This document shows, in pieces, positions 51,923-60,869 of a stretch of DNA of 64,000 nt. Each line of letters starts with the position of its first letter. The stretch's first letter is position 1. The stretch lies in assembly GCA_017610385.1 (NCBI GenBank), contig JAFCCC010000003.1, positions 5,919 through 69,918 on the forward strand, read 5' to 3'. Below the pieces are notes generated by a model that was given only the letters and a program-made list of their open reading frames with translations, did no database searches and had not been told where the DNA came from. Both the position numbers and the translations under genes were made by a program. This stretch comes from Candidatus Nanohalarchaeota archaeon (GTDB taxonomy: Archaea > Nanohalarchaeota > Nanosalinia > Nanosalinales > JAFCCC01).

Positions 51923-52426
51923 TTACTCAAAATGTAAAACAGCCTCTTGATTTGTTAGTTTTTTTACAACGGTTCTGAAAGAAACCTCATTAAACGGAAT
52001 CCGGCCTTTATCTTTTTGAGAAATCATAATCTTTTTCTTTTCACCGTCTTTAGAAAATAATGTATTGACGCCCAGAAGTTTTACTGGGAAAACGAGGCTT
52101 TTTACGATCTCTTCAAACTTAGGAGATTTTTCTATAATTCTAATTGATTTTCCTGTTTTTTTAGCTAAAAGTTTGACGATTTTTCCGTTTTTACCAACTA
52201 CCTTTGCCCCATCACCCTCTTCTGTTAGGATTACAATAGAATCTGAAGTTGGGATGATTTCGTGAATAGTCGCGCTTTTAAGTGAAGGAATTTCTTCACC
52301 GAGCCTAAATAATGTTCTTGAAACGTCAATTATGCTTTCTGTGAGTTCTCCTTTTAACAATTTTTGACTGCAACCACTACACAAAAAATCAGATTTTAAA
52401 CAAACAGAACAAAGCGGTGTTTTCAT
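51923..52426 (-). CDS. NusA-like KH-domain protein with N-terminal Zn finger
   Basis: MKTPLCSVCLKSDFLCSGC, KH VVGKNG, LLGVNTLF. Confidence 0.85.
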   Translation of the reverse strand: MKTPLCSVCLKSDFLCSGCSQKLLKGELTESIIDVSRTLFRLGEEIPSLKSATIHEIIPTSDSIVILTEEGDGAKVVGKNGKIVKLLAKKTGKSIRIIEKSPKFEEIVKSLVFPVKLLGVNTLFSKDGEKKKIMISQKDKGRIPFNEVSFRTVVKKLTNQEAVLHFE

Positions 52427-52488
52427 AATTCTAATTTCGAAACTAAAACATAAATAAATGTTCAATTATGTTTATATTGGAGGAAAAG

Positions 52489-53670
52489 ATGAAAGTAGGA
52501 ATCATCGGAAAACCCAGTGCAGGAAAATCAACATTATTCAAAGCAATAACTCAAAAAGATGTAGAAATTGCAAATTATCCATTCACGACCATCCAACCAA
52601 ATCTGGGCGTTGCATTTGTTACTCAGGAATGTCCCTGTAAAGAATTAAATGTAATTTGTTCTCCCCAAAATTCTAAGTGCTTAAACCACATCAGATTAAT
52701 TCCCATCAATGTTTTAGATGTTGCGGGGTTAGTTCCAGGCGCTTCAGAAGGCAAGGGTTTAGGAAATCAATTTTTAGACACTCTCCGAGAGGCTTCTGTA
52801 TTAATTCACGTTCTAGATCTAAGTGGAAAAACAGATGAAAAAGGAGAGCAAACAGAAAACCATGATCCTGCTATAGATAAAGAATTTGTTGAACAAGAAA
52901 TTGACGCATGGTTTTTAAACATTTTTCAAAAGAACTGGAGTGAATATTCAAAAAAAATTCACATGCAACACTTAAAATTAGATGAATTTCTTGCGGAAAA
53001 AATGTCTGGATTAGGAATAACAAAAGAGTTAGTTCAAAATGCACTAAGAAATTTAAAATTAGATTCAGATCCGCTAACATGGACTAAAGAAGACTTTCCA
53101 AAATTTATTTTACACATGAGAAAAGAATCAAAACCTATGATTTATGCATGTAATAAAATGGATTTAGACGGAGCAAATGAACGATTTGAAGACTTAAAGA
53201 AAAAATACCCAAATGATTTGTTTATCCCAACAAGCGCAGAATGTGAATTGGCATTAAAGAATGCTGCAGATCACGGGTTTATTTCTTATATCCCCGGAGC
53301 AGACACTTTTGAAATTACTCACGAGTTGAATGAAAAGCAAAAACACGCATTAGGAATAATCAATGATAAAATTTTGAAAAAATATGGGAGTACCGGAATA
53401 CAAGAGGCATTAAACAGAGCGGTTTTTGATTTATTAGATTATATTGTAGTTTATCCTGTAGAAGATGAAACTCATTACAAAAGCAAAAAAGGCAATATCC
53501 TTCCAGACGCAATTTTATTAAAAAACAAATCAACCGCCTTAGATTTAGCTTTCAAAATTCATACAGAAATCGGAGAGAAGTTCGTGAAAGCCATTGATGT
53601 TAGAACACATAGAATTATTGCAAAAGATCATGTTCTAAAGAACAGAGATATAATTAAAATTGTTGTCTAA
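52489..53670 (+). CDS. Obg-family YchF/Ygr210-like NTPase with TGS domain
   Basis: GKPSAGKST, YPFTTI, DVAGL, NKMD, AFKIHT. Confidence 0.93.
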   Translation: MKVGIIGKPSAGKSTLFKAITQKDVEIANYPFTTIQPNLGVAFVTQECPCKELNVICSPQNSKCLNHIRLIPINVLDVAGLVPGASEGKGLGNQFLDTLREASVLIHVLDLSGKTDEKGEQTENHDPAIDKEFVEQEIDAWFLNIFQKNWSEYSKKIHMQHLKLDEFLAEKMSGLGITKELVQNALRNLKLDSDPLTWTKEDFPKFILHMRKESKPMIYACNKMDLDGANERFEDLKKKYPNDLFIPTSAECELALKNAADHGFISYIPGADTFEITHELNEKQKHALGIINDKILKKYGSTGIQEALNRAVFDLLDYIVVYPVEDETHYKSKKGNILPDAILLKNKSTALDLAFKIHTEIGEKFVKAIDVRTHRIIAKDHVLKNRDIIKIVV

Positions 53671-54221
53671 ATATCAAAGTGCCTTGTGCTACTGAGAAAT
53701 GCATTTATGTCAAATTCCTCAAGATTTTCATTTCCAAACACCCATTCGATAGGCCATTTAGCCATATTTACAATTGAAAATAATAATGGTCTGCTCCTAT
53801 GTTTTCGATATCTCTCACCAATACTTCTAGCAAGTTCAAATACTGTTGGATATTCTGGAGCAGTATATCCTGTGTCCGAGTATTGGCTTTTACCTACTGA
53901 GCCCCACCCCTCTTCAGTTCTAAATATTGCATTAACGTGACCTGGACCCCAAAGTACAAGATTTATTAATAATGGTGGATAACCTAATTTAGAAAGAAAA
54001 TACGCACCAACCAATGCTCCATCCACACACAATGCGTTACCTTCTTTTAATGTTCTTTCAACACTATTTACATAATAATTCCTATCTATTTTACAATAGC
54101 GATATTCTAATGTATCTAATACTGATTGTATTTCTTCAGGCGTGCTTAGTTTTAAATCAGGTATCATACTCATCACAGAATATGCTTTAAGATTCTCTTT
54201 GAAGCGTGAACTTACCTTCAA
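53667..54221 (-). CDS. transglutaminase-like Cys-protease-fold protein
   Basis: LCVDGA...GHVNAIF..EGWGSVGKS; true start probably ATG near 54173. Confidence 0.6.
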   Translation of the reverse strand: MKVSSRFKENLKAYSVMSMIPDLKLSTPEEIQSVLDTLEYRYCKIDRNYYVNSVERTLKEGNALCVDGALVGAYFLSKLGYPPLLINLVLWGPGHVNAIFRTEEGWGSVGKSQYSDTGYTAPEYPTVFELARSIGERYRKHRSRPLLFSIVNMAKWPIEWVFGNENLEEFDINAFLSSTRHFDI

Positions 54222-54250
54222 GAAAATCTGTTCAGGTTTTTGTAGCTTCT

Positions 54251-54547
54251 TTATTCTTCCAAGTGAGCTGCGATTATTCGTGCCACATCTTCTTTATTTT
54301 CTTCTAAATAGGCCTTTACAGCTTCTCCAACTTCTTTTTTAAAAACCGATTCCATTGCGGCATCCAAGAAATGTTCTCTTTTTTTATACTGTTCTCACGC
54401 ACTGTCATTACATTCTCGCATACTCTGGTATGGAGATCCAGAACTTACTAGGCTATTTACGTACGTTTCTCTTAACCATATTGAGAGGTGTATAAGTTCT
54501 GTATAACTGCGCTCTTCAAGATTCTCTGGTAAAGTACCAACTGGCAT
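54251..54547 (-). pseudogene. 98-codon orphan ORF with one in-frame TGA (codon 51)
   Basis: MPVGTLPEN...CNDSA*EQYKKREH...IAAHLEE*; TATA TTTAAA and palindrome upstream. Confidence 0.5.
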
Positions 54548-54677
54548 ATAATTTTCTTTAGAACAACTTAATTTAAACCTAGGTAATGCGCACTACCAGT
54601 CCATTATTTATTTAACTCTTGCAAGGTCAGGTTTATTTAATGTGTTTAGAAAGCAAATTATCTTAAATATCTAATGT

Positions 54678-55772
54678 TTATTTGAAATGAAGTTCCAAAA
54701 CATCCTCATCTAATAAAATATGATGTCGGCCTTTATTTTGTCCTTCGAATTTTGCACTTTTACCCCAAACGCGTGCATAATTAAAATTCTTTTGGAATTC
54801 TTTGTGGATTTTTTCACAAACTTGATCTACTGTTGAACCAATTTTAATGATTAATGGCGCTTTTCGATCTGGTTCTTTTCCAATTCTTTTCATGTATACT
54901 CTCATTAATTCTAGATTATTCCATAATTGTTCTACGAATCTATTCAAATTCCAAGATTTATCTGCTGAAATAAACGTCATTTTTGGGAAATCTTTTTTAA
55001 TTTTTATTAATTCCCCTTTTGAGAGTTCATCAATTTTATTTAGAATTTCTATAAAATGAATATAAACCCGATTCCCTGCTAAAAAATCAATTAAAGTATC
55101 TATTGTTATGTTTTCGCGAATTAAAACATCCGCATTTGCTATTCCATATTCTCTAAAGAGTTCCTTTATTGTATCTTCATCTAAATCTAATTTGAGTGGC
55201 GTTAATAGATTAATACCTCCAGAAACCTTCTTTTTAAGTCTAATTAGCGGTGGTTGTTGATTTAATCTGATACCAGAGTTATAAAGTTCTTGTTCTAGTT
55301 GTTTGACATCTTTTAATCTTTTATAATCTGTTATTAAAACAATCAAATCAGTATTTCTAATAACACTTAAAACTTCTTTACCTCTTCCTTTTCCTTTTGA
55401 AGCACCGATAATTAATCCAGGGACATCTAATATCTGTATTTGTGCTCCTTTGTAGTTTAAAACTCCTGGAATGACTTTGAGCGTAGTAAATTCATAATAA
55501 CCTATTTCTGATTCTGCATTTGTTAATTTATTCAATAAAGTAGACTTGCCTGCAGATGGTGGACCCACTAGAGAAATGCTAGCATCTCCAGATTTTCTTA
55601 AACCATATCCTAGACCTTTTTTACCTGAAATTTTAGATTCATGTGATTCTTTTTTATCTTCTAATTTTGCTATATTAGCCTTTAATTTCGCTCTTTCCTT
55701 TTCTGTTCCTTTATTTACTGGTGTTTTACTCAATTTCAGTTTTAATTCATCTAGTCTATCTTGAATGCTCAT
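54678..55772 (-). CDS. DRG/Rbg1-family GTPase with TGS domain
   Basis: TPVNKGTE, GPPSAGKST, YEFTT, DVPG, NKID, VWGKSAKF. Confidence 0.95.
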   Translation of the reverse strand: MSIQDRLDELKLKLSKTPVNKGTEKERAKLKANIAKLEDKKESHESKISGKKGLGYGLRKSGDASISLVGPPSAGKSTLLNKLTNAESEIGYYEFTTLKVIPGVLNYKGAQIQILDVPGLIIGASKGKGRGKEVLSVIRNTDLIVLITDYKRLKDVKQLEQELYNSGIRLNQQPPLIRLKKKVSGGINLLTPLKLDLDEDTIKELFREYGIANADVLIRENITIDTLIDFLAGNRVYIHFIEILNKIDELSKGELIKIKKDFPKMTFISADKSWNLNRFVEQLWNNLELMRVYMKRIGKEPDRKAPLIIKIGSTVDQVCEKIHKEFQKNFNYARVWGKSAKFEGQNKGRHHILLDEDVLELHFK

Positions 55773-55825
55773 AGTGTATTAAGAGAAACCTTGTGTTTAA
55801 ATTACTTTAGTTCCGTAGTCTTTTC

Positions 55826-56479
55826 ATGGAACGAAAAATTCAGAGAGTTATTGAAATCTGTGAAAATAATTATGGAAAACCAAAACCATTTAGATTAAGT
55901 AACTCATTAGATCTTTTAGTAGAAACAATTCTTTCTCAGAATACCAATGATAAAAATACGTTTAAAGCATTCTCTGCTTTGAAAAAATATTATGTAAATT
56001 ACGAAGAAGTACTTGCGGCAAATGAAACAAAATTAGCAAAAATAATTTACAGTTCAGGATTTTATAATTTAAAAGCTAAAAGAATTCAAGAGGCTCTTCG
56101 AGCAATTAAGGAAGATCGAGGGTCTTTAAATTTAGATTTTTTAAAAAATAAGAGCAAATCTGTCGCGTTTAATTATCTAATTAAACTTCCAGGAATTGGT
56201 CCAAAAACCGCTGCCATTGTTCTTACTTTTGGTTTAAATCACGAAAGTATTCCAGTAGATACACATGTTTATAGGGTTTCTCAGAGATTGGGCTTAGTTC
56301 CTAAAACTTTTGACAGAACAAAAACTCAGGAATTTTTAGAGAACAACACAAAAAGAGGATTAAAAAATGCGCTACATTATTATTTAATTAAGCACGGAAG
56401 AGAAGTATGTCGTGCTAGAAAACCATCTTGTTCTGAGTGTTTTTTAAAAAAAGAATGCAAGCATTTTAAAAATAAATAA
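55826..56479 (+). CDS. nth: endonuclease III (HhH-GPD, 4Fe-4S)
   Basis: LSQNT, LPGIGPKTA, VDTHV, C-x6-C-x2-C-x5-C. Confidence 0.94.
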   Translation: MERKIQRVIEICENNYGKPKPFRLSNSLDLLVETILSQNTNDKNTFKAFSALKKYYVNYEEVLAANETKLAKIIYSSGFYNLKAKRIQEALRAIKEDRGSLNLDFLKNKSKSVAFNYLIKLPGIGPKTAAIVLTFGLNHESIPVDTHVYRVSQRLGLVPKTFDRTKTQEFLENNTKRGLKNALHYYLIKHGREVCRARKPSCSECFLKKECKHFKNK

Positions 56480-56485
56480 GATATT

Positions 56486-57895
56486 TCAAAAGTAAGTAAT
56501 AGCATGTTCAGAATTTCTTATTCTGTCTCTTTTTCTAAAGAAAAATTCAAATTGTGCTTTTGGCAATTTTACAGTACCTTCTACTTTTAATATTGGTCTA
56601 AATTTATAACTCAAAATTCGTTCTTCACCAGGATTCAGATTTCCGATTTTCCATTCTATTTCTATGCCGCCTTTTTTATTTTTTATTGAAGTTGGCTTGG
56701 CCGCCTCAAATTTATTAGATAATTTCACGATTTCTGGAACATGGTCTATAACCCTAACTTTTGTTAGAAGTTCTTTGGTGTTGTTTTTAATATAAATGTA
56801 AATGGTATGTTCTCCTTTGGATATACGAGCAACTTTCATGATTTTTGGCACCTGAAACTCATACATCGCAAAGTATCCTGTTCCAAATACAAAAAGCGCA
56901 ATTAAGAATAAAATCCAATAATTTATTCTGTATTTTACTAAAATTGTTTCACCAGGTTCTAAGTCTTTTATTACCCAATTGTATTTTATTCCGCCACCAA
57001 TTTTCTCTTTTGAGGCTATTTTCAAATTTGATTTCATTAAATACGATTTTAATCTGTTAATAGATCCACTAACTATCTGAGACTCTTTCTTGACGTTTCC
57101 GGTATTTTTAATTTCAATTTTGTATGTATGCCAGAAAAAAAAACTTTTGTCTGATTTGTCAATACTTATGCTTTGTATTGGTGGAATATTAATTCTAATA
57201 GACTTTGAACTTTCGATTTCTCCTTCTGTGTTTATCACATTCAAAATAATGTTTTGAACGCCAACTAATTTTTCATCAACTCTTATAGGAATATTAAAAT
57301 AAAATGTGCTTCCCGGTTTTAACATAGGAATTGAAACAGAATTATTTGTGTTATTTAATGTTCCCATTAAAGAATAACTTCCTATCTCATATGCTGCAAC
57401 ATTTTTTATTTGCCCAGTAAGATTAATTATTTCTCCTGGAACATAACTTGTTTTAGTTGTTCTAAGACCGGAAACTGATAATTTTTCATCTCTTACGACG
57501 GTTATGAAAGCTTCTAATTTAAGATAATTCTCTAAATCGCTTTTAGGGTATATGTAAATAAAGAATCCTCTATTGCCTGCTTCTGCATTTTCATCTGGCG
57601 TTACATAAATTTTAGTAGTTTTTGTAGTATTTGGTAAAAGATCTAAAGAATAATCTTGTTGATAAAACCAACCAGGTTTCATGCTTTGTGTGTAAATCGT
57701 AAATCTATCTGCTGTTGGCATTTCGTTTGTAACTTCTACTCTAAATTCCCCGACCTCTCCAGGGTAAACATTTTGTTTAATTGCATAAATGGTTCCCTTA
57801 AATCCTTCTACACATAGGCCAAAGGAAGATAATAAGACAAATAGAATTAATGGAACCAGAATTAATGATTTTCTCATATTCCCCCAAAACAGCAT
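56486..57895 (-). CDS. secreted Ig-like (CARDB-type) multidomain membrane protein
   Basis: signal peptide, beta-rich repeats (L.PGE), central TM. Confidence 0.75.
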   Translation of the reverse strand: MLFWGNMRKSLILVPLILFVLLSSFGLCVEGFKGTIYAIKQNVYPGEVGEFRVEVTNEMPTADRFTIYTQSMKPGWFYQQDYSLDLLPNTTKTTKIYVTPDENAEAGNRGFFIYIYPKSDLENYLKLEAFITVVRDEKLSVSGLRTTKTSYVPGEIINLTGQIKNVAAYEIGSYSLMGTLNNTNNSVSIPMLKPGSTFYFNIPIRVDEKLVGVQNIILNVINTEGEIESSKSIRINIPPIQSISIDKSDKSFFFWHTYKIEIKNTGNVKKESQIVSGSINRLKSYLMKSNLKIASKEKIGGGIKYNWVIKDLEPGETILVKYRINYWILFLIALFVFGTGYFAMYEFQVPKIMKVARISKGEHTIYIYIKNNTKELLTKVRVIDHVPEIVKLSNKFEAAKPTSIKNKKGGIEIEWKIGNLNPGEERILSYKFRPILKVEGTVKLPKAQFEFFFRKRDRIRNSEHAITYF

Positions 57896-57960
57896 TATTC
57901 GGTAATTTTTATAAGTTTATGTGCTGAATGATGTCGTTAATATTGCCGCGAATTATAAGG

Positions 57961-58049
57961 AACTCACTTCACTTTTTCGTATTTGCGTGAAGGGGGCTTC
58001 TGAAGGAATTTCACATAGAGCATTAACCGATTTTGCAGTTATTTGAGTG
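57961..58049 (-). ncRNA. candidate structured RNA downstream of tRNA-Pro; homolog at 35821-36085
   Basis: 17-nt identity plus a 63-nt ungapped block with compensatory changes. Confidence 0.5.
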
Positions 58050-58093
58050 AAGGTTGCCTTAAGAAGTGCTTGCCGCCTGAGTTAACAGGTAAA

Positions 58094-58166
58094 TGGGCCA
58101 ACCGAGATTTGAACTCGGGTCTAGAGCTCCCAAAGCTCCAATGCTAGTCCACTACACCATCGGCCC
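58094..58166 (-). tRNA. tRNA-Pro(TGG), intronless
   Basis: GGGCCGA-TG-GTGTAGTGGACTAGCAT-T-GGAGC-TT TGG GA-GCTCT-AGAC-CCGAG-TTCAAAT-CTCGG-TTGGCCC-A. Confidence 0.95.
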
Positions 58167-58429
58167 AAACTGCAATAACGTGGGAAATCAAAGATTTTCT
58201 TGTTCAGCAAAACGATTATTTCACTTGAGTTTGATTACCATAATCAATTACAATCAATTGACGTTCTATTCATACTTTAATTAATATCCTTTTTATGTGC
58301 TTGAGTATTCTCGAAACACATTTTGTTGCGAGCTGACAATGCAGCTCGTTTGCTACACCATCTGCCAAACGCGTTAAAAATCCTTAATTTCAGGAACTTT
58401 TTATATGAGATAGTTACTAATATTTAAAT

Positions 58430-58894
58430 ATGGCTTTGAAGATATCGTGGAAGAAAGTTCTTCATTATATTTTACCAGCAATAATCAGTCTGATTGTTCT
58501 TTTTATTCTCTCTTATTTTTTAAAAGGCAATATGGGTTCAGAAGGAGAGTCTACTGTCGTAATTTATGTGATGGCACTATTTATCGCTGGAGGATATTTC
58601 TTTGTTTCTGCTGTTTTGCTTTATTTGATAAAACTATTGCGTGTAATGTTGCCTTCTAAGGTAGATCAAAAAGAAGACCTGGAAAAACAACAGGATCTTT
58701 TGAAGAGATTAAAAAAGAATATTGAAAAAAGATATTACTTTAAAAAAGATATTGATGAAGCAACTTTTAGGCACGAACTCCAAGAAATAGCACGAAGAGA
58801 AATTGAGATAGAAGAAAAACTAGCTCAAATGGAAGATATACAAAAGGAAGATGAAGAAAAAAAGAACCTAAAAAAGGCAAGCAAAAGAAGATAA
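58430..58894 (+). CDS. 2-TM protein with coiled-coil C-terminus
   Basis: hydrophobic pair followed by a charged helix (RYYFKKDIDEATF). Confidence 0.7.
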   Translation: MALKISWKKVLHYILPAIISLIVLFILSYFLKGNMGSEGESTVVIYVMALFIAGGYFFVSAVLLYLIKLLRVMLPSKVDQKEDLEKQQDLLKRLKKNIEKRYYFKKDIDEATFRHELQEIARREIEIEEKLAQMEDIQKEDEEKKNLKKASKRR

Positions 58895-58896
58895 AA

Positions 58897-59529
58897 ATGA
58901 GTGAATTTAATTCAACTTTCGAAATCGCATGTTCGAGGAGAACCTGTAATGCATTTAAACGAGCAGGAGTTGAGCGTGCAAAAATCGGGCGGATATTAGA
59001 ATCAGCAAGGTGGGCACCAAGTCCTGGAGCTGTTCAATCTTTGGAATTTATTGTGGTAGAAGATCCAGATGTTAAAGAAAACGTTGCTAAGTTAGTGCCT
59101 CTTTCGAAAACAATTAAACAAGCTCCGTTAAATATTGTTGTCTTGGCAAATCTAACTCGAGCGAAATCTCGTTATAATGCTAAAGATGCGCAAAAATATG
59201 TATTGCAAGAAAGTGCCGCATGCATTGAAAATATGTTATTAGTCGCTCATGAACAAGGGTTAGGGACGTGTTGGATTGGTGAATTTCAAAGCGCGAAATT
59301 AAAAAGTTTATTAAAAATCCCAGAAGATATTATTCCTATCGCTATTATTTCTATAGGTTACCCCCAATTCGTCGAGGAATACAAAAAACCTTTCAAATAC
59401 AAAATTACAGAAATTACTTTTTGGAATAACTATGGAACACGAGTTTCCCCGGTTTATGATAAATTTGAATGGATGGGTCTAAAAAACTATTCTGAAACAA
59501 TAAAGAAAAGGTTTTTTAGAAGAAAGTAA
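58897..59529 (+). CDS. nitroreductase family protein
   Basis: RRT, ARWAPS, ENMLLVAHEQGLGTCWIG. Confidence 0.92.
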   Translation: MSEFNSTFEIACSRRTCNAFKRAGVERAKIGRILESARWAPSPGAVQSLEFIVVEDPDVKENVAKLVPLSKTIKQAPLNIVVLANLTRAKSRYNAKDAQKYVLQESAACIENMLLVAHEQGLGTCWIGEFQSAKLKSLLKIPEDIIPIAIISIGYPQFVEEYKKPFKYKITEITFWNNYGTRVSPVYDKFEWMGLKNYSETIKKRFFRRK

Positions 59530-60738
59530 TTATCGAAGTACTTTTAGATCTGGGGCGGTTGCAAATTCTTTTACTTTTTCATAAACCGCCTGAGAACTTA
59601 AAGTCAAAGCATCCTTTAATTCAGGTACAATTAAAGTATTTGCTGCCATGTATGTTGGGTAATATATTTTCCATTTTTCTAGGAATTTGAGGGTGGTTTC
59701 TGCTTTTCCTGTAGTGTAGCCTAATTGAGACACTAGTGTATTTAACACTTTTTCTTTAGCCTGATTTTTAATAAAATAATCAAACCACGCAGTAAACCCA
59801 AATGCTCGAGGCAAGGATGCTGGTTTAAGGTATTGTGTAGCCATAAAAAGATTCAATTTCTTTTCTGCAGGTAACAGAGGATTTATTTCTTCTATTAAAG
59901 AGTCGATATCAGGATAAAAAAGTATAGCGCCTCCATTGGCAATTCCTTCTTGAAAAGGAACATGAATATCATTTAATAAAATAACTTTATTTTCTGGGGT
60001 CGTTTTTCCATCTCGCATTTGCATTCCATAACCTATAGTATGACAAGATTCGTGATAAATTACATGAAGTAAATTTGTAGGCGTGCGGGTATTTGAAGTA
60101 AGACTTATAGAAACTTTTGACTTGCCAATTGCAATGGGTTCATTATATCCATTTTCTATTGCCGTTACCTCTTCAATTTCTGTTTCGCCTATTTCCTCTT
60201 CTGAAAATAAGGACCTTAATTTACTTTTTACTATGGTGTCAACGTTCCTCAAAAACAAGCTGGCCTCTTCTGGAGTCAAAATAATTCTTCTAAATTCTTT
60301 AATTAATTCTTCTCCCAAATTCTCCTCTTTACAATCCAATAAATCACAATAAAGCTCTTTTTCTTCGGTAACAATTTCATGCGCCAATTTATTTAATTTA
60401 AAAACATCGATTCCGTAAAATCTATACACTAAATCTTCAATAGGTATTTCAGCTTCAAGTTGTTCTAAAGTGGCCAATTGTGCGTCTACTTCCCATGTTC
60501 TAAAATCCTGTTTTCCATATGTCTCGTTGCTCTTACTTACAAGTTTTCTTGCATAATCCAATGTTTTTGGTAGAGAAAGTCTTTCTTGCCCCGAATACCT
60601 TCCTGTTCTCTGAAAATCTTCATAAAGGTTTTTAACCCATCTAGGCCCATCAATGAGTTTTGGAAAACCAAATTGATCTGAATAGTATTGAGTATGTAAA
60701 ACAAGTTTAAGAAATTCTTGTTCTGTTACAAGTCGCAT
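59530..60738 (-). CDS. putative gluzincin metallopeptidase (DUF885-like) orphan
   Basis: HVIYHESCH followed by FQEGIA. Confidence 0.6.
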   Translation of the reverse strand: MRLVTEQEFLKLVLHTQYYSDQFGFPKLIDGPRWVKNLYEDFQRTGRYSGQERLSLPKTLDYARKLVSKSNETYGKQDFRTWEVDAQLATLEQLEAEIPIEDLVYRFYGIDVFKLNKLAHEIVTEEKELYCDLLDCKEENLGEELIKEFRRIILTPEEASLFLRNVDTIVKSKLRSLFSEEEIGETEIEEVTAIENGYNEPIAIGKSKVSISLTSNTRTPTNLLHVIYHESCHTIGYGMQMRDGKTTPENKVILLNDIHVPFQEGIANGGAILFYPDIDSLIEEINPLLPAEKKLNLFMATQYLKPASLPRAFGFTAWFDYFIKNQAKEKVLNTLVSQLGYTTGKAETTLKFLEKWKIYYPTYMAANTLIVPELKDALTLSSQAVYEKVKEFATAPDLKVLR

Positions 60739-60869
60739 GAATAAACTCTATGTACAATATTTAAATTCGTATGTAGTGCTTAAATCTTACAGTTTAAGAC
60801 GATATTGCGCTGTGCGGGCATTCTAACAGAGAGTTCGGTTTAACCTTGCTTATAAACACGGTAACCAAA

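Larger units (their letters stand above)
50907..51970 (+). repeat. tandem duplicated cassette (about 50907-51430 and 51458-51970)
   Basis: near-identical promoters, identical 31-nt block near the gene ends, duplicated tail of the downstream gene. Confidence 0.88.
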
